Source: Nemertoderma westbladi (lineage: Eukaryota > Animalia > Xenacoelomorpha). From it: 44,385 nt of DNA. The stretch lies in the NCBI GenBank assembly GCA_032718475.1, contig JAUCBJ010001562.1, positions 1-44,385 of the forward strand, in the 5' to 3' direction. Position 1 is the stretch's first letter; each line of letters begins with the position of its first letter. The translations under genes were made by a program, and so were the position numbers. The notes under the pieces were generated by a model. The model had not been told where the DNA came from. It saw nothing but the letters and a program-made list of their open reading frames with translations, and ran no database searches. Below, in pieces: positions 1-10,811 of this stretch.

Positions 1-249
1 AACAATTATTATTGTTACCAGGGTTTTCTGGGTTGTTTATTTCATTTTCGACGTCAGCTACATGTCAACTATATTCCATTACTACACAATGCAGACAGAT
101 ACCATTAGCTGAAACAAAAATACCTACGTTTCCCTCTCATGATACTAATTACACCAATTATTGTAGTACTGCAGTTGAAGGCCTACAATATTACTAAAAT
201 TCATTCACCTGGAATTAGTAATAAATTCACATTCGCCCATACCATGACT

Positions 250-675
250 GAGAAGGCTTTCAGCTGTATAACACACAGTAATGCTACCCTATGAAGAATT
301 TCAAGTTTGTAAGGGAGTGGAGTAGGGCCTAAGCAAACAGTATGGGTGTACTAAGTACAATAATCTTGGAAACTTCATCGATTTATACTAAACCTGTGTA
401 GAAATCCATTACATAAGCCATTTTTCATCAAGAACACTAGCTGTTATTGGTGTTAATTTACCATTGCGTGTATGGCACTTTTCGTTTATATCATTTTTTG
501 TAAAATCTAATGACTGTATTTTCCTGAAAATTGCTTTATACACCCATTCAGACCATACTACAGCAGGGTACTAAAAACAACATCAATTGACCGGATAGTT
601 TCGGAGCCTTCCGTGTGACAACAGACAGACAGACACGATTTTCTTACAGTAAGTAAATCTTAAGATTTACAAATT
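250..675. mobile_element. Probable non-autonomous Helentron/HINE-like element remnant
   Basis: Short (CAGA)n microsatellite at ~622-635 followed by a perfect 18-bp palindrome GTAAATCTTAAGATTTAC (653-670), a layout typical of DINE/HINE-type elements. The left boundary is approximate. Confidence 0.4.
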
Positions 676-969
676 ATATCTCTAAGCGCTTGTAATGATT
701 CAAATGTAAAAACTTCCCTTAACTATTTGTCATAACCTATAATTAGATTTATAATCTTATTGTTCAAATAAAATACACAATGGTAAATAAATAATATTTA
801 ACAGACTTTGCTCTTCAGAATCTCTCATAAAGGTTTGTCCATGGAAAGGAAATATACACGGAACCAGATAGATGTCCGATTTCAGGAGTCAATATTTTTA
901 TTGCTTTAATCTATTGTACTCGATGCATGAATAAAAATTTTGAAAAAAAAATTGGTGGTCATCGATCTC

Positions 970-983
970 GTTGCCATGGCAAC
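970..983. promoter_or_regulatory. Perfect palindromic RFX X-box (GTTGCCATGGCAAC) in the left TIR
   Basis: Exact 14-bp palindrome matching the known RFX consensus, about 210 bp upstream of the transposase ATG. Function untested. Confidence 0.5.
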
Positions 984-1195
984 AGAGATTAAATTGTTGC
1001 GTGCATCACTATCTAAATCGCTATATCGTCAACACTACTTGGCTAAGTAATTCCATAGTAACTGTGATAGAACGCATTACTGTAGTTCTAGAAGGCCTTG
1101 GTTGTACAATACAATTTCACAGGGTTAAACGACACGACAGTGTCGTTAAAACACACCTTGTCCTACCTACCGTACAGTATATAAATTAATAAAGA

Positions 1196-3915
1196 ATGCC
1201 TCGTGTTTGTTGTGTACCTAATTGTGGGGTGAGGGCCGGGCCTAGTGCTACGGTATACTGTATACAGGTATACCCAAGGACACATCAACTAGGGACAAGT
1301 GGCTTAAAGCAGTGAGAATGCCAGGGGTGTTTTCCTGCGACAGTTTTGGTGTCTGTTGCAGACATTTTTCACAAAGCCACTTCATTGCTAAGCCATTTAA
1401 AAGAAAAGAGCTGAGAGATTCCGCTGTGCCATCATTATGTCTACCAGGATCAGAGAAGTGTGAAACAACATTTTCTAAACGTGTTAACTTCTATGGTAGA
1501 CGCAAAAAACCAACAAACCGGATAACACTGACAAAGGACTTCGATAGGGACCAAGAGTCAAAATTTAGAGACTTGGATCAACTGGTGGGTGTGACAGTTA
1601 CTTACAAAAAGTATTTCAGTACCTATTTTAAGTAAGCTACAGTAAGTACGCTAAGGCGAGCCTTAGTGTACTGGTATCATTAGGCAACGGTGTCTGTCTG
1701 GTTAATTTTTGAGAGCCTTCTGCTCGGCTGCTATTGATGCTTATTCAATTCAAATCAAAGTAATCGTTTGTAAGTTGTACCATCTGTCTCGGATCAATGC
1801 ACCAGTCTGCCGCTAGGCGGCGCTAACGATCTGAATGTTTTTCTTAATATGAAATTTTAAACAATTTTGTAAGCGTAGTATACTGCTTACTAGTAATCGT
1901 TCTTATTCTCCACGGTCTGTCTGCAGGGTGAGCCTGTCTGTCTGTCTACGCGTTTGAAACCTTGATAGAGTGTATATAGAGTATATAGAATATAGACCAA
2001 TATTTCTCATTTTGCAGACTTGGGATGCTCAAGCTATAAACAAATGGTTTAGGTTAACAAATGGTTATGGTTAACAATCGGAATGTAAGCATATTTTGCT
2101 ATGGCAAAGAAGGAGCTATGTGTATTTCGGAAACATTCCCAGAGGCTCCTGAATGTAGCTACATAATCAATGTATCGCATGATGTCTTTGATGTTTACCG
2201 TAATGGGAGTACAATTCCATTATCAAATTTCAGTTTTTTGTATAGAAGGCTCTGCGGATTTGAAAAAGTCAAATGCAAGAGTGTGTTATACAGACTGATG
2301 AATGAAATAAAAAACTACCAAGATCCAAAGTATGATAACGAAATCATCCGCTTCCTTGTGAGAAACAAGCATTGACGTCGGGTTTTAAGTTTCGAACCTT
2401 CATTGATTAAGAAAGCACTTATGATTAGATATAGAAGTAAGGTAGCCTACGAGGAACTCTTGTCTGTCTTTCCTCTGTTCCCTAGTCTATCTGTTTTGGA
2501 GAAAATAACTAAAGGATCCATCGATTCATACAAACTTCTCCAGAAAATGAAGATGGACAAAAACGTTGTTGTGTATTTGGACGAAATTCACTTGCAGAAA
2601 GAGGCGGTTTTTGCACAAGGTGGTGTTACAGAATCGGATATAGGATCTTTGAATAGTTTTATGGTTAGAGGTCTGAGTCATGGGCAACCATTAGTAGTGA
2701 AATCTGTACCCACTGCAACCGCTATGACAGGACGGGAGATCATTAGTAACTTAGAAGAAGTTTGCAGCAACCTAAGATCAGTCCAAACATCGCCACGAGT
2801 GGTGACAAGTGATAATTCACCAACAAACGCTAATGCTATATTTAAGCATTTTGACAATTCAGAAATTGTACAAGGTATCATTCCGCTCTTCGATTATAAC
2901 CATCTAATAAAGAATACCAGGAATACTATGTATTGTATACTGAGACACACCACAAAGACCAGATTGAGAAACGAAGTTTCTTGAAATACTTTCGCGATTG
3001 GGTGGAGGCATGGCGAGATTCGAGAAAGCCAGGTCTATCACCTCAAACCTTTAACACCCTCCTATTGACTGTGCGCAATACAGAGAAAGTGTTTAAACTC
3101 GTGTTTGAGAAACTGGGATACAGCTTGTTTAACACTCATTTCCTTGGAGACGATGCATTGGAGTTACATTACTCTAAATATAGACAAATGTCTGGTGGCC
3201 GGTTTCTAATTGCTCTTCGTGACGCACTAAACTCCAATAAAATTTTATGAAATACGACTAATCATAGATGAAGACCTCGAAGTATCCGACTTTCTGTTGA
3301 AGAAAGATTACCACAATGAAGCCGCGTTGTTATTCGATGAAGTGTCTGAAATTGTGGATGAAGATGAGTTTCGTTGTCTAACTGTCAATGAAGAATCTCT
3401 AGATATTGTTGAATACATCTCAGGATGGATTGTGAAAACAGTAGGGGTCAACTGCCTACACTGTAATTTAAACGGTAAAAATGACATCATTAGCGATTCT
3501 AAAAGAAGTGGGTCTACATCTAATGAGTCATCTCGCCACTTTCTACATGATATATTCGCGGTGGTTTAACCATTCCACACATCAAAATCTTGTCAACTTC
3601 GTTTGTAATTGCCTCGGTAACCTAGAACTAGCATATAAATTCCTGCAAAAAAATATTAAAGATGACAACTTCATATCAGCCGAAGTTCTCTTTCAGTACC
3701 TACAAATGCTTCCAGTAGATTCTTTGCATACAAGATCAATAATTTGCAATATTCACTCCAGTTATTCCTCGAAATTTTTACGCAAAATTATCAATGTGTT
3801 TCTGAAGGCACAGATAAATCACTTGGCTGAGCTAATAGCTGAGAAAGAAAGCTACAAGACTGGGTTGGACGGTTTTAAGGCGCCTCAGCGAAACAAGGGA
3901 AGGAAATTGATCTGA
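1196..3915 (+). pseudogene. THAP-domain P-element transposase, frameshifted and fragmented
   Basis: THAP: MPRVCCVPNC (ATG 1196), then after a frameshift PKD..RDKWLKAV...VCCRHF...LRDSAVPSL. Catalytic-core motifs VYLDEIHL, FMVRGL, VVTSDNSPTN, FDYNHLIKNTRN, LGDDALELHYSKYRQMSGG and VEYISGWIVK are spread across ORFs 2403-2984, 2933-3250 and 3297-3569. Probable intron ~1586-2018 (acceptor TTTTGCAG). Confidence 0.88.
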
Positions 3916-4100
3916 AACGCTGCTTGGAGGAATAAGAAAAATAATGCTGGGTTACAGAGCAGATCAGGCAACTTATTGATGGAACGGAAGCTATAGTGTA
4001 TGTATATCGCTTTAACTTTTGAACAAATTTGGAAGCAATATTTACTGTGTATATTTTCACTCATCGTAGTTGAAATAAAGGCAAAAATTGAAAAATGTCT

Positions 4101-4114
4101 GTTGCCATGGCAAC
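4101..4114. promoter_or_regulatory. Perfect palindromic RFX X-box in the right TIR
   Basis: Same 14-mer, about 230 bp upstream of the ATG (4345) of LRAT-like paralogue A. Function untested. Confidence 0.45.
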
Positions 4115-4421
4115 GAGATCGATGACCACCAATTTTTTTTTCAAAATTTTTATTCATGCATCGAGTACAATAGATTAAAGCAATAAAAAGAATGACTCGT
4201 GAAATCGGACATCTATCTGGTTCCGTGTATATTTAGTATTCCATGGTTTGTCATTTATTATATTATACCCGAAAAGGGATAAAATATTAAACTAAGAAAA
4301 TTACTGAGAGGTTAAAAGTTGAAGTGTGAAAAGGCGACATTTACATGGGTAACCAGAATTCTAAAAATGTCAAGGAGAATGTCGGGAAATGTGGTACAAC
4401 TCCTGCAAATTGATATCGTTC

Positions 4422-4710
4422 CAGCGAACAGGTTCCACCTTGGTGTAGTGGTTGCATTGAATTCACATCTCCTGTAGGTCGTGGGTTCGATCCTCACATG
4501 GGCCAGGGCAGTTTTCGTTTCGGCACGAATGCTTTAAAGGGACCAGCCAGGGCGCATATCTGCCTTGCATCCTTAAGTGGTAGCTAAATGAGTACTGGAG
4601 TTTCCTCTGGGGAGTAAAGTTCTGGGGGGACCGCACTGGAAATAAGTCGTCAGACTTTGTGCATAATCCCTGGCCTAGCGGCCGAAGAAAATTTACTTTA
4701 CTTTACTTTT
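4422..4710 (+). mobile_element. tRNA-derived SINE inserted in exon 1 of paralogue A
   Basis: Box A-like TGGTGTAGTGG (4441) and box B GGTTCGATCC (~4484), (TTTAC)n tail, imperfect TSD ATCGTTC/AACGTTC (4415-4421, 4711-4717). Absent from paralogue B. Confidence 0.8.
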
Positions 4711-4769
4711 AACGTTCTACATTGTGGGAAATGTGTTAGATACTTCCATTAAAGGTACGAACTGAAATA

Positions 4770-4872
4770 CTGAACCAGCTGAAACCACCTGAAACCAGCT
4801 GAAACCAACTGAAACCAGCAGTAAACCACCTGAAACCAGCAGTAAACCAACTGAAAACCAGCTGTGAAAACC
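4770..4872. repeat. 10-11-bp tandem repeat (CTGAAACCAG/C variants)
   Basis: About 9 degenerate units visible directly. Confidence 0.85.
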
Positions 4873-5104
4873 AATAATATTAGTTTCTATGGGAACTTAG
4901 ATCTCGGCTGGGAACCCGGGGTGCTACCTTAGATCCTAGACACGAACTTAGATGCAGTTTACCCCATGTGAAGAATTCCAGGTTTTCACTAAAATCCCAG
5001 GTTACAGAAGGTTTGAAACGAACCAAAACAATAAACGAATTAGTAATATAGTTCTAAACTGTATGTATATTCCACAGTCTCACCATTATTCGAAGACGGA
5101 CTCA

Positions 5105-5310
5105 GTTAAAAATACAATAGCGTAGTATTTTGGATAAAAATGCGTCTGGAGTAGCAATTGCGCACCCATGTTATTGCGTTTGATTAATGGGACGAATAGA
5201 GTAATACAGTATCCACAATAGTGTAACAATTATTGGGTACCGACATGCGCGACCCTCTATAGTAACAGCAATGGAGTAGGCGTTCAAGGTGAAAACACTA
5301 ATCTGGGAAT
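5105..5310. repeat. Dispersed repeat also present at ~30730-30945
   Basis: Shared text such as AATTGCG.CCCATGTTA.TGCGTTTGATTAATG.GACGAATAGAG...AATAGTGT. Family not identified. Confidence 0.6.
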
Positions 5311-5616
5311 TTAGTGAGAACAGCGAGGAAGTTCTTATACATTTACCTTCATATTATCTTCACTGCTTTAAGCTTAAAGTGTTGTGTTGATACTACCTCA
5401 AAGCAGCTGCAGGCAGACCATATAAATTGACCAATGAAATTAATCGAATTAGATTTAATATTGCCTGTAGGGTAGCGATATTACCATGCTGTGTAGGGTT
5501 GTCTATCCGGAGCGCGAAATTTGTTCCTAAAATGTGAAAATGCGAATTTTGTTCCAATTCACAGCGAACCTATTTTTATTCCTATTTTTGCGAATTTTGT
5601 TCCTATTTTATCGAAT

Positions 5617-6390
5617 TTTGTTCCTATGAAATTTAATTAGTCTGCCTGTCTCGCAAATCTATTGTGAACTTTGTTCCTATGAAATTTAATTAGTCTGCCT
5701 GTCTCGCAAATCTATTGTGAACTTTGTTCCTATGAAATTTAATTAGTCTGTCTGTCTTGCAAATCTATTGTGAACTTTGTTCCTATGAAATTTAATTAGT
5801 CTGCCTGTCTCGCAAATCTATTGTGAACTTTGTTCCTATGAAATTTAATTAGTCTGCCTGTCTCGCAAATCTATTGTGAACTTTGTTCCTATGAAATTTA
5901 ATTAGTCTGTCTGTCTCGCAAATCTATTGTGAACTTTGTTCCTATGAAATTTAATTAGTCTGCCTGTCTCGCAAATCTATTGTGAACTTTGTTCCTATGA
6001 AATTTAATTAGTCTGCCTGTCTCGCAAATCTATTGTGAACTTTGTTCCTATGAAATTTAATTAGTCTGTCTGTCTCGCAAATCTATTGTGAACTTTGTTC
6101 CTATGAAATTTAATTAGTCTGTCTGTCTCGCAAATCTATTGTGAACTTTGTTCCTAGGAAATTTAATTAGTCTGTCTGTCTCGCAAATCTATTGTGAACT
6201 TTGTTCCTATTTTATCGAATTTTGTTCCTATGAAATTTAATTAGTCTGCCTGTCTCGCAAATCTATTGTGAACTTTGTTCCTATGAAATTTAATTAGTCT
6301 GCCTGTCTCGCAAATCTATTGTGAACTTTGTTCCTATGAAATTTAATTAGTCTGTCTGTCTCGCAAATCTATTGAGAACTTTGTTCCTAT
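5617..6390. repeat. 53-bp minisatellite, about 14 near-identical copies
   Basis: Unit TTTGTTCCTATGAAATTTAATTAGTCTG(C/T)CTGTCTCGCAAATCTATTGTGAAC, period 53 (e.g. 5670 to 5723), no spacers. Flanked by shorter GCGAATTTTGTTCC motifs. Confidence 0.95.
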
Positions 6391-6556
6391 GACTGCGAAT
6401 TTTGTTCTATGACAGCGAATTTTGTTCCACTCACAATTACAGTACTGCAGTATAGCTTGCTAAAAAAAAGCAAAGCAAAAATAGCCGCTACTATAGTCTT
6501 ACTATAGATGAATAACAACACGCATGCTGAAATTAACTTCCATGCCGTCCGTCCGT

Positions 6557-7457
6557 CCGTTTTCCTCTCTTTGAGGTTACATGAACAATACACGGGCACG
6601 GGGCCATGTTTTCCTCTCTTTGAGGTTACATGTATAATAATACCCAGGCGCGGGGCCACGTTTTCCTCACTTTAGGGTTACATGAACAATACCCAGGCGT
6701 GGGGCCATGTTTTCCTCTCTTTGAGGTTACATGTATAATACCCAGGCGCGGGGCCACGTTTTCCTCTCTTTGGGGTTACATGAACAATACCCGGGCATGG
6801 GGCCACGTTTTCCTCTCTTTGGGGTTACATGAACAATACCCGGGCGCGGAGCCACGTTTTCCTCTCTTTGAGGTTAAATGTATAATACCCAGGCGCGGGG
6901 CCACGTTTTCCTCTCTTTAGGGTTACATGAACAATACCCAGGCGTGGGGCCATGTTTTCCTCTCTTTGGGGTTACATGAACAATACACGGGCACGGGGCC
7001 ATGTTTTCCTCTCTTTGAGGTTACATGTATAATAATACCCAGGCGCGGGGCCACGTTTTCCTCACTTTAGGGTTACATGAACAATACCCAGGCGTGGGGC
7101 CATGTTTTCCTCTCTTTGGGGTTACATGAACAATACCCAGGCGCGGGGCCACGTTTTCCTCTCTTTGGGGTTACATGAACAATACCCGGGCGCGGAGCCA
7201 CGTTTTCCTCTCTTTGAGGTTACACGAACATTACCTGGGCATGGGGCCACGTTATCATCTATTTGAGGTTACACGAACATTACTCGGGCGCGGGGCCAGG
7301 GCCACGTTATCCTCTCTTTGAGGTTACTTAAATATTACACGGGCGTGGGGCCACGTTTTCCTCTCTTTGAGGTTACATGTATAATACCCAAGCGCGGGGC
7401 CATGTTTTCCTCTCTTTGAGGTTACATGTATAATACCCGAGCGCAGGGCCACGTTTT
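6557..7457. repeat. ~49-bp minisatellite, about 18 copies
   Basis: Unit GGGGCCA(C/T)GTTTTCCTCTCTTTGAGGTTACATGAACAATACCCAGGCGC, preceded by (CCGT)n at ~6546. Confidence 0.95.
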
Positions 7458-7689
7458 AAACTTTTATTTTTTTTAATTTAATTATATTACAAAATGTCAA
7501 ATTCGTCTGCTAAAATATTTGCTGTTTAAATCTCCATTTATTAAAATAACTTGTTGTCATTCGCCAAATTAAATTTATGTGTTACTAAATACATTTATAT
7601 ATATAGACCTACAGTATAAACAAAAAATGTTAAAAAATCGCAGTCTGCCCCGACTAATTACCATAAATCTATCGCTAAATTAGCACTCC

Positions 7690-8075
7690 TAATACATAGT
7701 CCCTATCCTTCCTATTCTTATCTATCTACTTTCTACTCTACCTTACCTACATTATCTATCTATCTATATGCCATCTTCTTCTTCACCACTCTATTCTGCA
7801 TCTGCAACACCCTACAGTATACTATTACTTCAAACTACTACTTACTACATCCATTCTATCAAATGTTACATATATTTACATTTTATATAATCCCATCCTC
7901 CTGGTGAGCAGCCGTTTACTAGCCCTGCTATTTGGCTGTTCTGCAATACCCATTTATATAGAACTTACCATATAGTATGTACTCATGTTAATTTCTATTT
8001 TATACTGAGTTATTGTTGTTATTTTGAATTATTATTTGAAGGGTAAAATAAACATTGAAAAATCTTGAAATCTAT
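7690..8075 (+). mobile_element. Possible 3' end of a CR1/L2-group LINE
   Basis: Pyrimidine-rich UTR-like stretch, a GC-rich stem region at ~7893-7950, then AATAAA and a (TTGAAA)-like tail. No coding evidence. Confidence 0.3.
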
Positions 8076-9050
8076 TTGAAAATTATATATTTGAAAAGTT
8101 CTAGTAGGGGATTTTTTCATTTTCGAGCCATTTAGGGTAACTACAGCGTCTTATAATTGTCAGCAATGAAATCAGCACATACAAAAACCTCAGTATGGGT
8201 GATGATATTGACGTTGTATCCTATTTCAAAATTTGACATTTCACACTACTTGCACTTTTGGTGCACTTGTGGTACTTGTGGTAAAAATAGTGATGAGTGG
8301 GATACGGAGTGGGATAAATATTAATAACAATAATAAATCGTCAATTATGAAATGAAATTTATACTTTTATTGTTTTGGTTTTCTTTATTATTACAATTTA
8401 TGTACTTCTTTATTTTAAGTGATCTTTTAATCATCTATATTTTACACATACCGAAAGGTGAAATGTATGTACCTAAATAATTAATTTTAATAAATAAAAT
8501 ATTCATCATTCGTTATCAGAGAATTGTTTTGGTTAGAATAACATCACAATGCCACTGTCGTTTATTCACCCGCAATGTAACATTGTATGTTAGGCAGTAA
8601 TTTGTTGATGAATCTTTAATAAATACAAGCGAAGCGATTTTTTGGGAATGGCATTTTGATTTTTTGATACTTTTTTGAACTTAAAAGTAAAGCCATGTAT
8701 GTTGTATTAATTATATGCAATCAATCCGGAACTTTGTGGCCTCCTTGGATTAATTGTCATTCTGTATTGTTTCGCTGGTGCTAATTTATTTAATAATAAT
8801 TTTATAGGTTTATTATTTTCGCGGTGTAAAGATTGTAAAGATCAACATTAATTAATTATTAATAATTTTACAAATTTCATAATTGTTATATAAATGCAAT
8901 ATTCTTCATACTAATACTCTTACTAGGTAAAGACAAAATCCCCCACGGAGCGAAGTTGATTGCTACAAAGGATGTTACTATTGATCAGTTCAATGATGCC
9001 ATCGAGAACAATGAAGTGAACGGGAAGAAATATAAAGTAATTGGCAGAAA

Positions 9051-9488
9051 GGAACTAGGACACTCCCCCCCCCCCCCCCCCGGACAGTCCCCCCCCCCCC
9101 GGACAATTCCCCCCCACCCATGTAGGACACTTCCCCCCCGGACACCTGGAATTTATAGGTCATCTAATTAATTGTTTAAAGATTAGCAAAGAATACAATG
9201 TAATTGCATTGATAAAACCCATAAATAAAACTTGGATATAAAATGTAAAATCGGGATGCAAAAGATCACTTTCTGAGATACGAAAGGAAAATTGGATACA
9301 ACTTGTCTGGATACAAGCGGTCCATTTACCTTACAAAATGAAAAATACGAATGTGCGAAGTTAAGAACAGTCGGGGGGAAGGGGGGGGAAGTGTCTGGGG
9401 GGGAAGTGTCCGGGGGAAGTGTCCTACTTGAGCGGGGGGAACTGTCCGGGGGTAAGTGTCTGGGGGGGGGGGGAAGTGTCCGAACACC
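9051..9488. mobile_element. MITE/foldback with C-rich and G-rich repetitive TIRs
   Basis: 8-bp TSD GGCAGAAA (9043-9050, 9489-9496). Left arm of GGACACT/A-Cn units, right arm of Gn-AAGTGTCC units. Absent from paralogue B. Superfamily (hAT or Mutator-like) not resolved. Confidence 0.88.
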
Positions 9489-10394
9489 GGCAGAAATTGC
9501 CAAGAGAGGGTCATGGAAGTAGCTGCCTGTCTGGGGATCGCGTAGGATGTAAAAGCGGCGAGTACCTTTACTGTTAAAAACGTTATTTTTTAACAAGTTT
9601 AAAGCAAATGAGTTTGCTGTGATTGTACCTGGTGGCATTGCTGTTTATGGCAGCCGGCATTGGTATCGCACTTCTTCCAGCTACCGCAGGCCTATCTGGT
9701 ATTCTCATAGTTGTTTTCGGTGTTTTTGTCGGTGCTATTAGGATTGCAGAATCAATTGGAGCTGTGGCAAAGGCAAATTTGGAAACGAAGAGAACCGTCG
9801 TTCGGTGGTCCGACTGGTCAGGCCATGGCGGACCACCGCAGTCAGACATTCAGATAAAAAATAGGCCTACCGGTCATATCAATTTATTAAATTAATTATT
9901 ATAAATTCTAAATATAATAGTAATAAAAATAAAAATATTCCAGGACGCTGCTCTGCAGGGATTAATTCAAATGTCCGTATCCGTATGCGTACGATAGGTC
10001 TTGTATTTGGCTATCGTATTTATATTCAATAAAATGGATAAATCGAAAAGTGACATAGAGACATTAATATCTCAACCCGACGAATTAATAAGGAAAGGAG
10101 CGTTACAATGGCACGTTTTTATAATTAAAACAAAAAAACATTTGTGGAATAGGTTATACTGTGTTATTTTGCTGTGTTATTTACTGTGTGGCAAACGATA
10201 TTTGCATCGATTTTCCCATATATGTAAATTGATTTCAACAAAAACAACAGTTGTTTGCGACCATTATTGGGAACAAAATGTGTTACTTACACTTTTCAAA
10301 ATTTTTAAATTTTAGTATTTTGATTTAGAAATTTGAATTGATTATTTTATGATAATTCTCAGCACTGAAAAGTTTCTTGCGATGCTCGATCCCA

Positions 10395-10632
10395 TTCGTA
10401 ATATGGTGAGTTTGGGAAGGGATTTGATGGCACATGTAAAGGCTGACAGTGCAATGAGTTTGGAGAGGGTTGTGATGGCACATGTAAAGGCCGGCAGTGT
10501 AATATACCCAGTGAGTTTGGAGAGGGTTGTGATGGCACATTTAAAGTCCGGCAATGTAATATGGTGGGTGAGTTTGGGAGGTATGTGATGCCACATTTTA
10601 AGGCCAACACTGCAATATGGTGAGTTTGAATA
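10395..10632. repeat. Degenerate ~50-57-bp tandem repeat, about 4 copies
   Basis: Recurring TGAGTTTGG...GTGATGGCACAT(G/T)TAAAG.C.G.CA.TG.AAT. Confidence 0.8.
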
Positions 10633-10811
10633 TTCTGATAATGATGCTATTCCTTTGATCAACGAAATTGGCTAAAGAGGTTGATTTAATTAAAAAGTGT
10701 TTAAAATCGAAGAGTAGAAAATGACCTGTTGCTCACAGAAGCGGGTCACATTACATCTTTCTTCCGAATGAGACGGGCGAGAAACTACCAGTTTGCAAGT
10801 TATCAACCATC

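Larger units (their letters stand above)
840..4245 (+). mobile_element. P-superfamily (THAP9/Galileo-like) DNA transposon, both ends present, coding region decayed
   Basis: Near-perfect TIRs at 840-986 and 4098-4245 beginning CATGGAA. 7-bp TSD GTTTGTC at 833-839 and 4246-4252. The paralogous segment at ~11950-11990 has a single ATTTGTC (empty site). Internal THAP domain and P-transposase motifs. Confidence 0.93.
4345..9895 (+). pseudogene. LRAT/PLAAT-like permuted NlpC/P60 gene, paralogue A (disrupted)
   Basis: Exon-1 remnant 4345-4756 (MGNQNSK / CQGECREMWYNSCKLISFYIVGNVLDTSIKG, frameshifted, split by a SINE, 3' part missing) aligns with 12057-12185. Exon 2 starts at 8927 after acceptor CTAG (KDKIPHGAKLIATKDVT...YKVIGR|NCQERV), is split by a MITE and has a TAG at 9542. 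Hydrophobic tail in ORF 9623-9895. Confidence 0.7.

Noticed and set aside
4430-4505. tRNA gene
   Set aside because: Has A/B boxes but no proper cloverleaf or acceptor stem, continues into a SINE body with a repeat tail and TSD, and is absent from the paralogue.
6387-6920. ORFs 6387-6659 and 6630-6920
   Set aside because: Translations of the 49-bp tandem repeat.
5617-7457. CRISPR-like arrays
   Set aside because: Units are head-to-tail with no unique spacers, there are no cas genes, and the context is eukaryotic. These are minisatellites.
9183-9638. Pro-rich and Gly-rich ORFs
   Set aside because: They arise from the poly-C and poly-G arms of the MITE.
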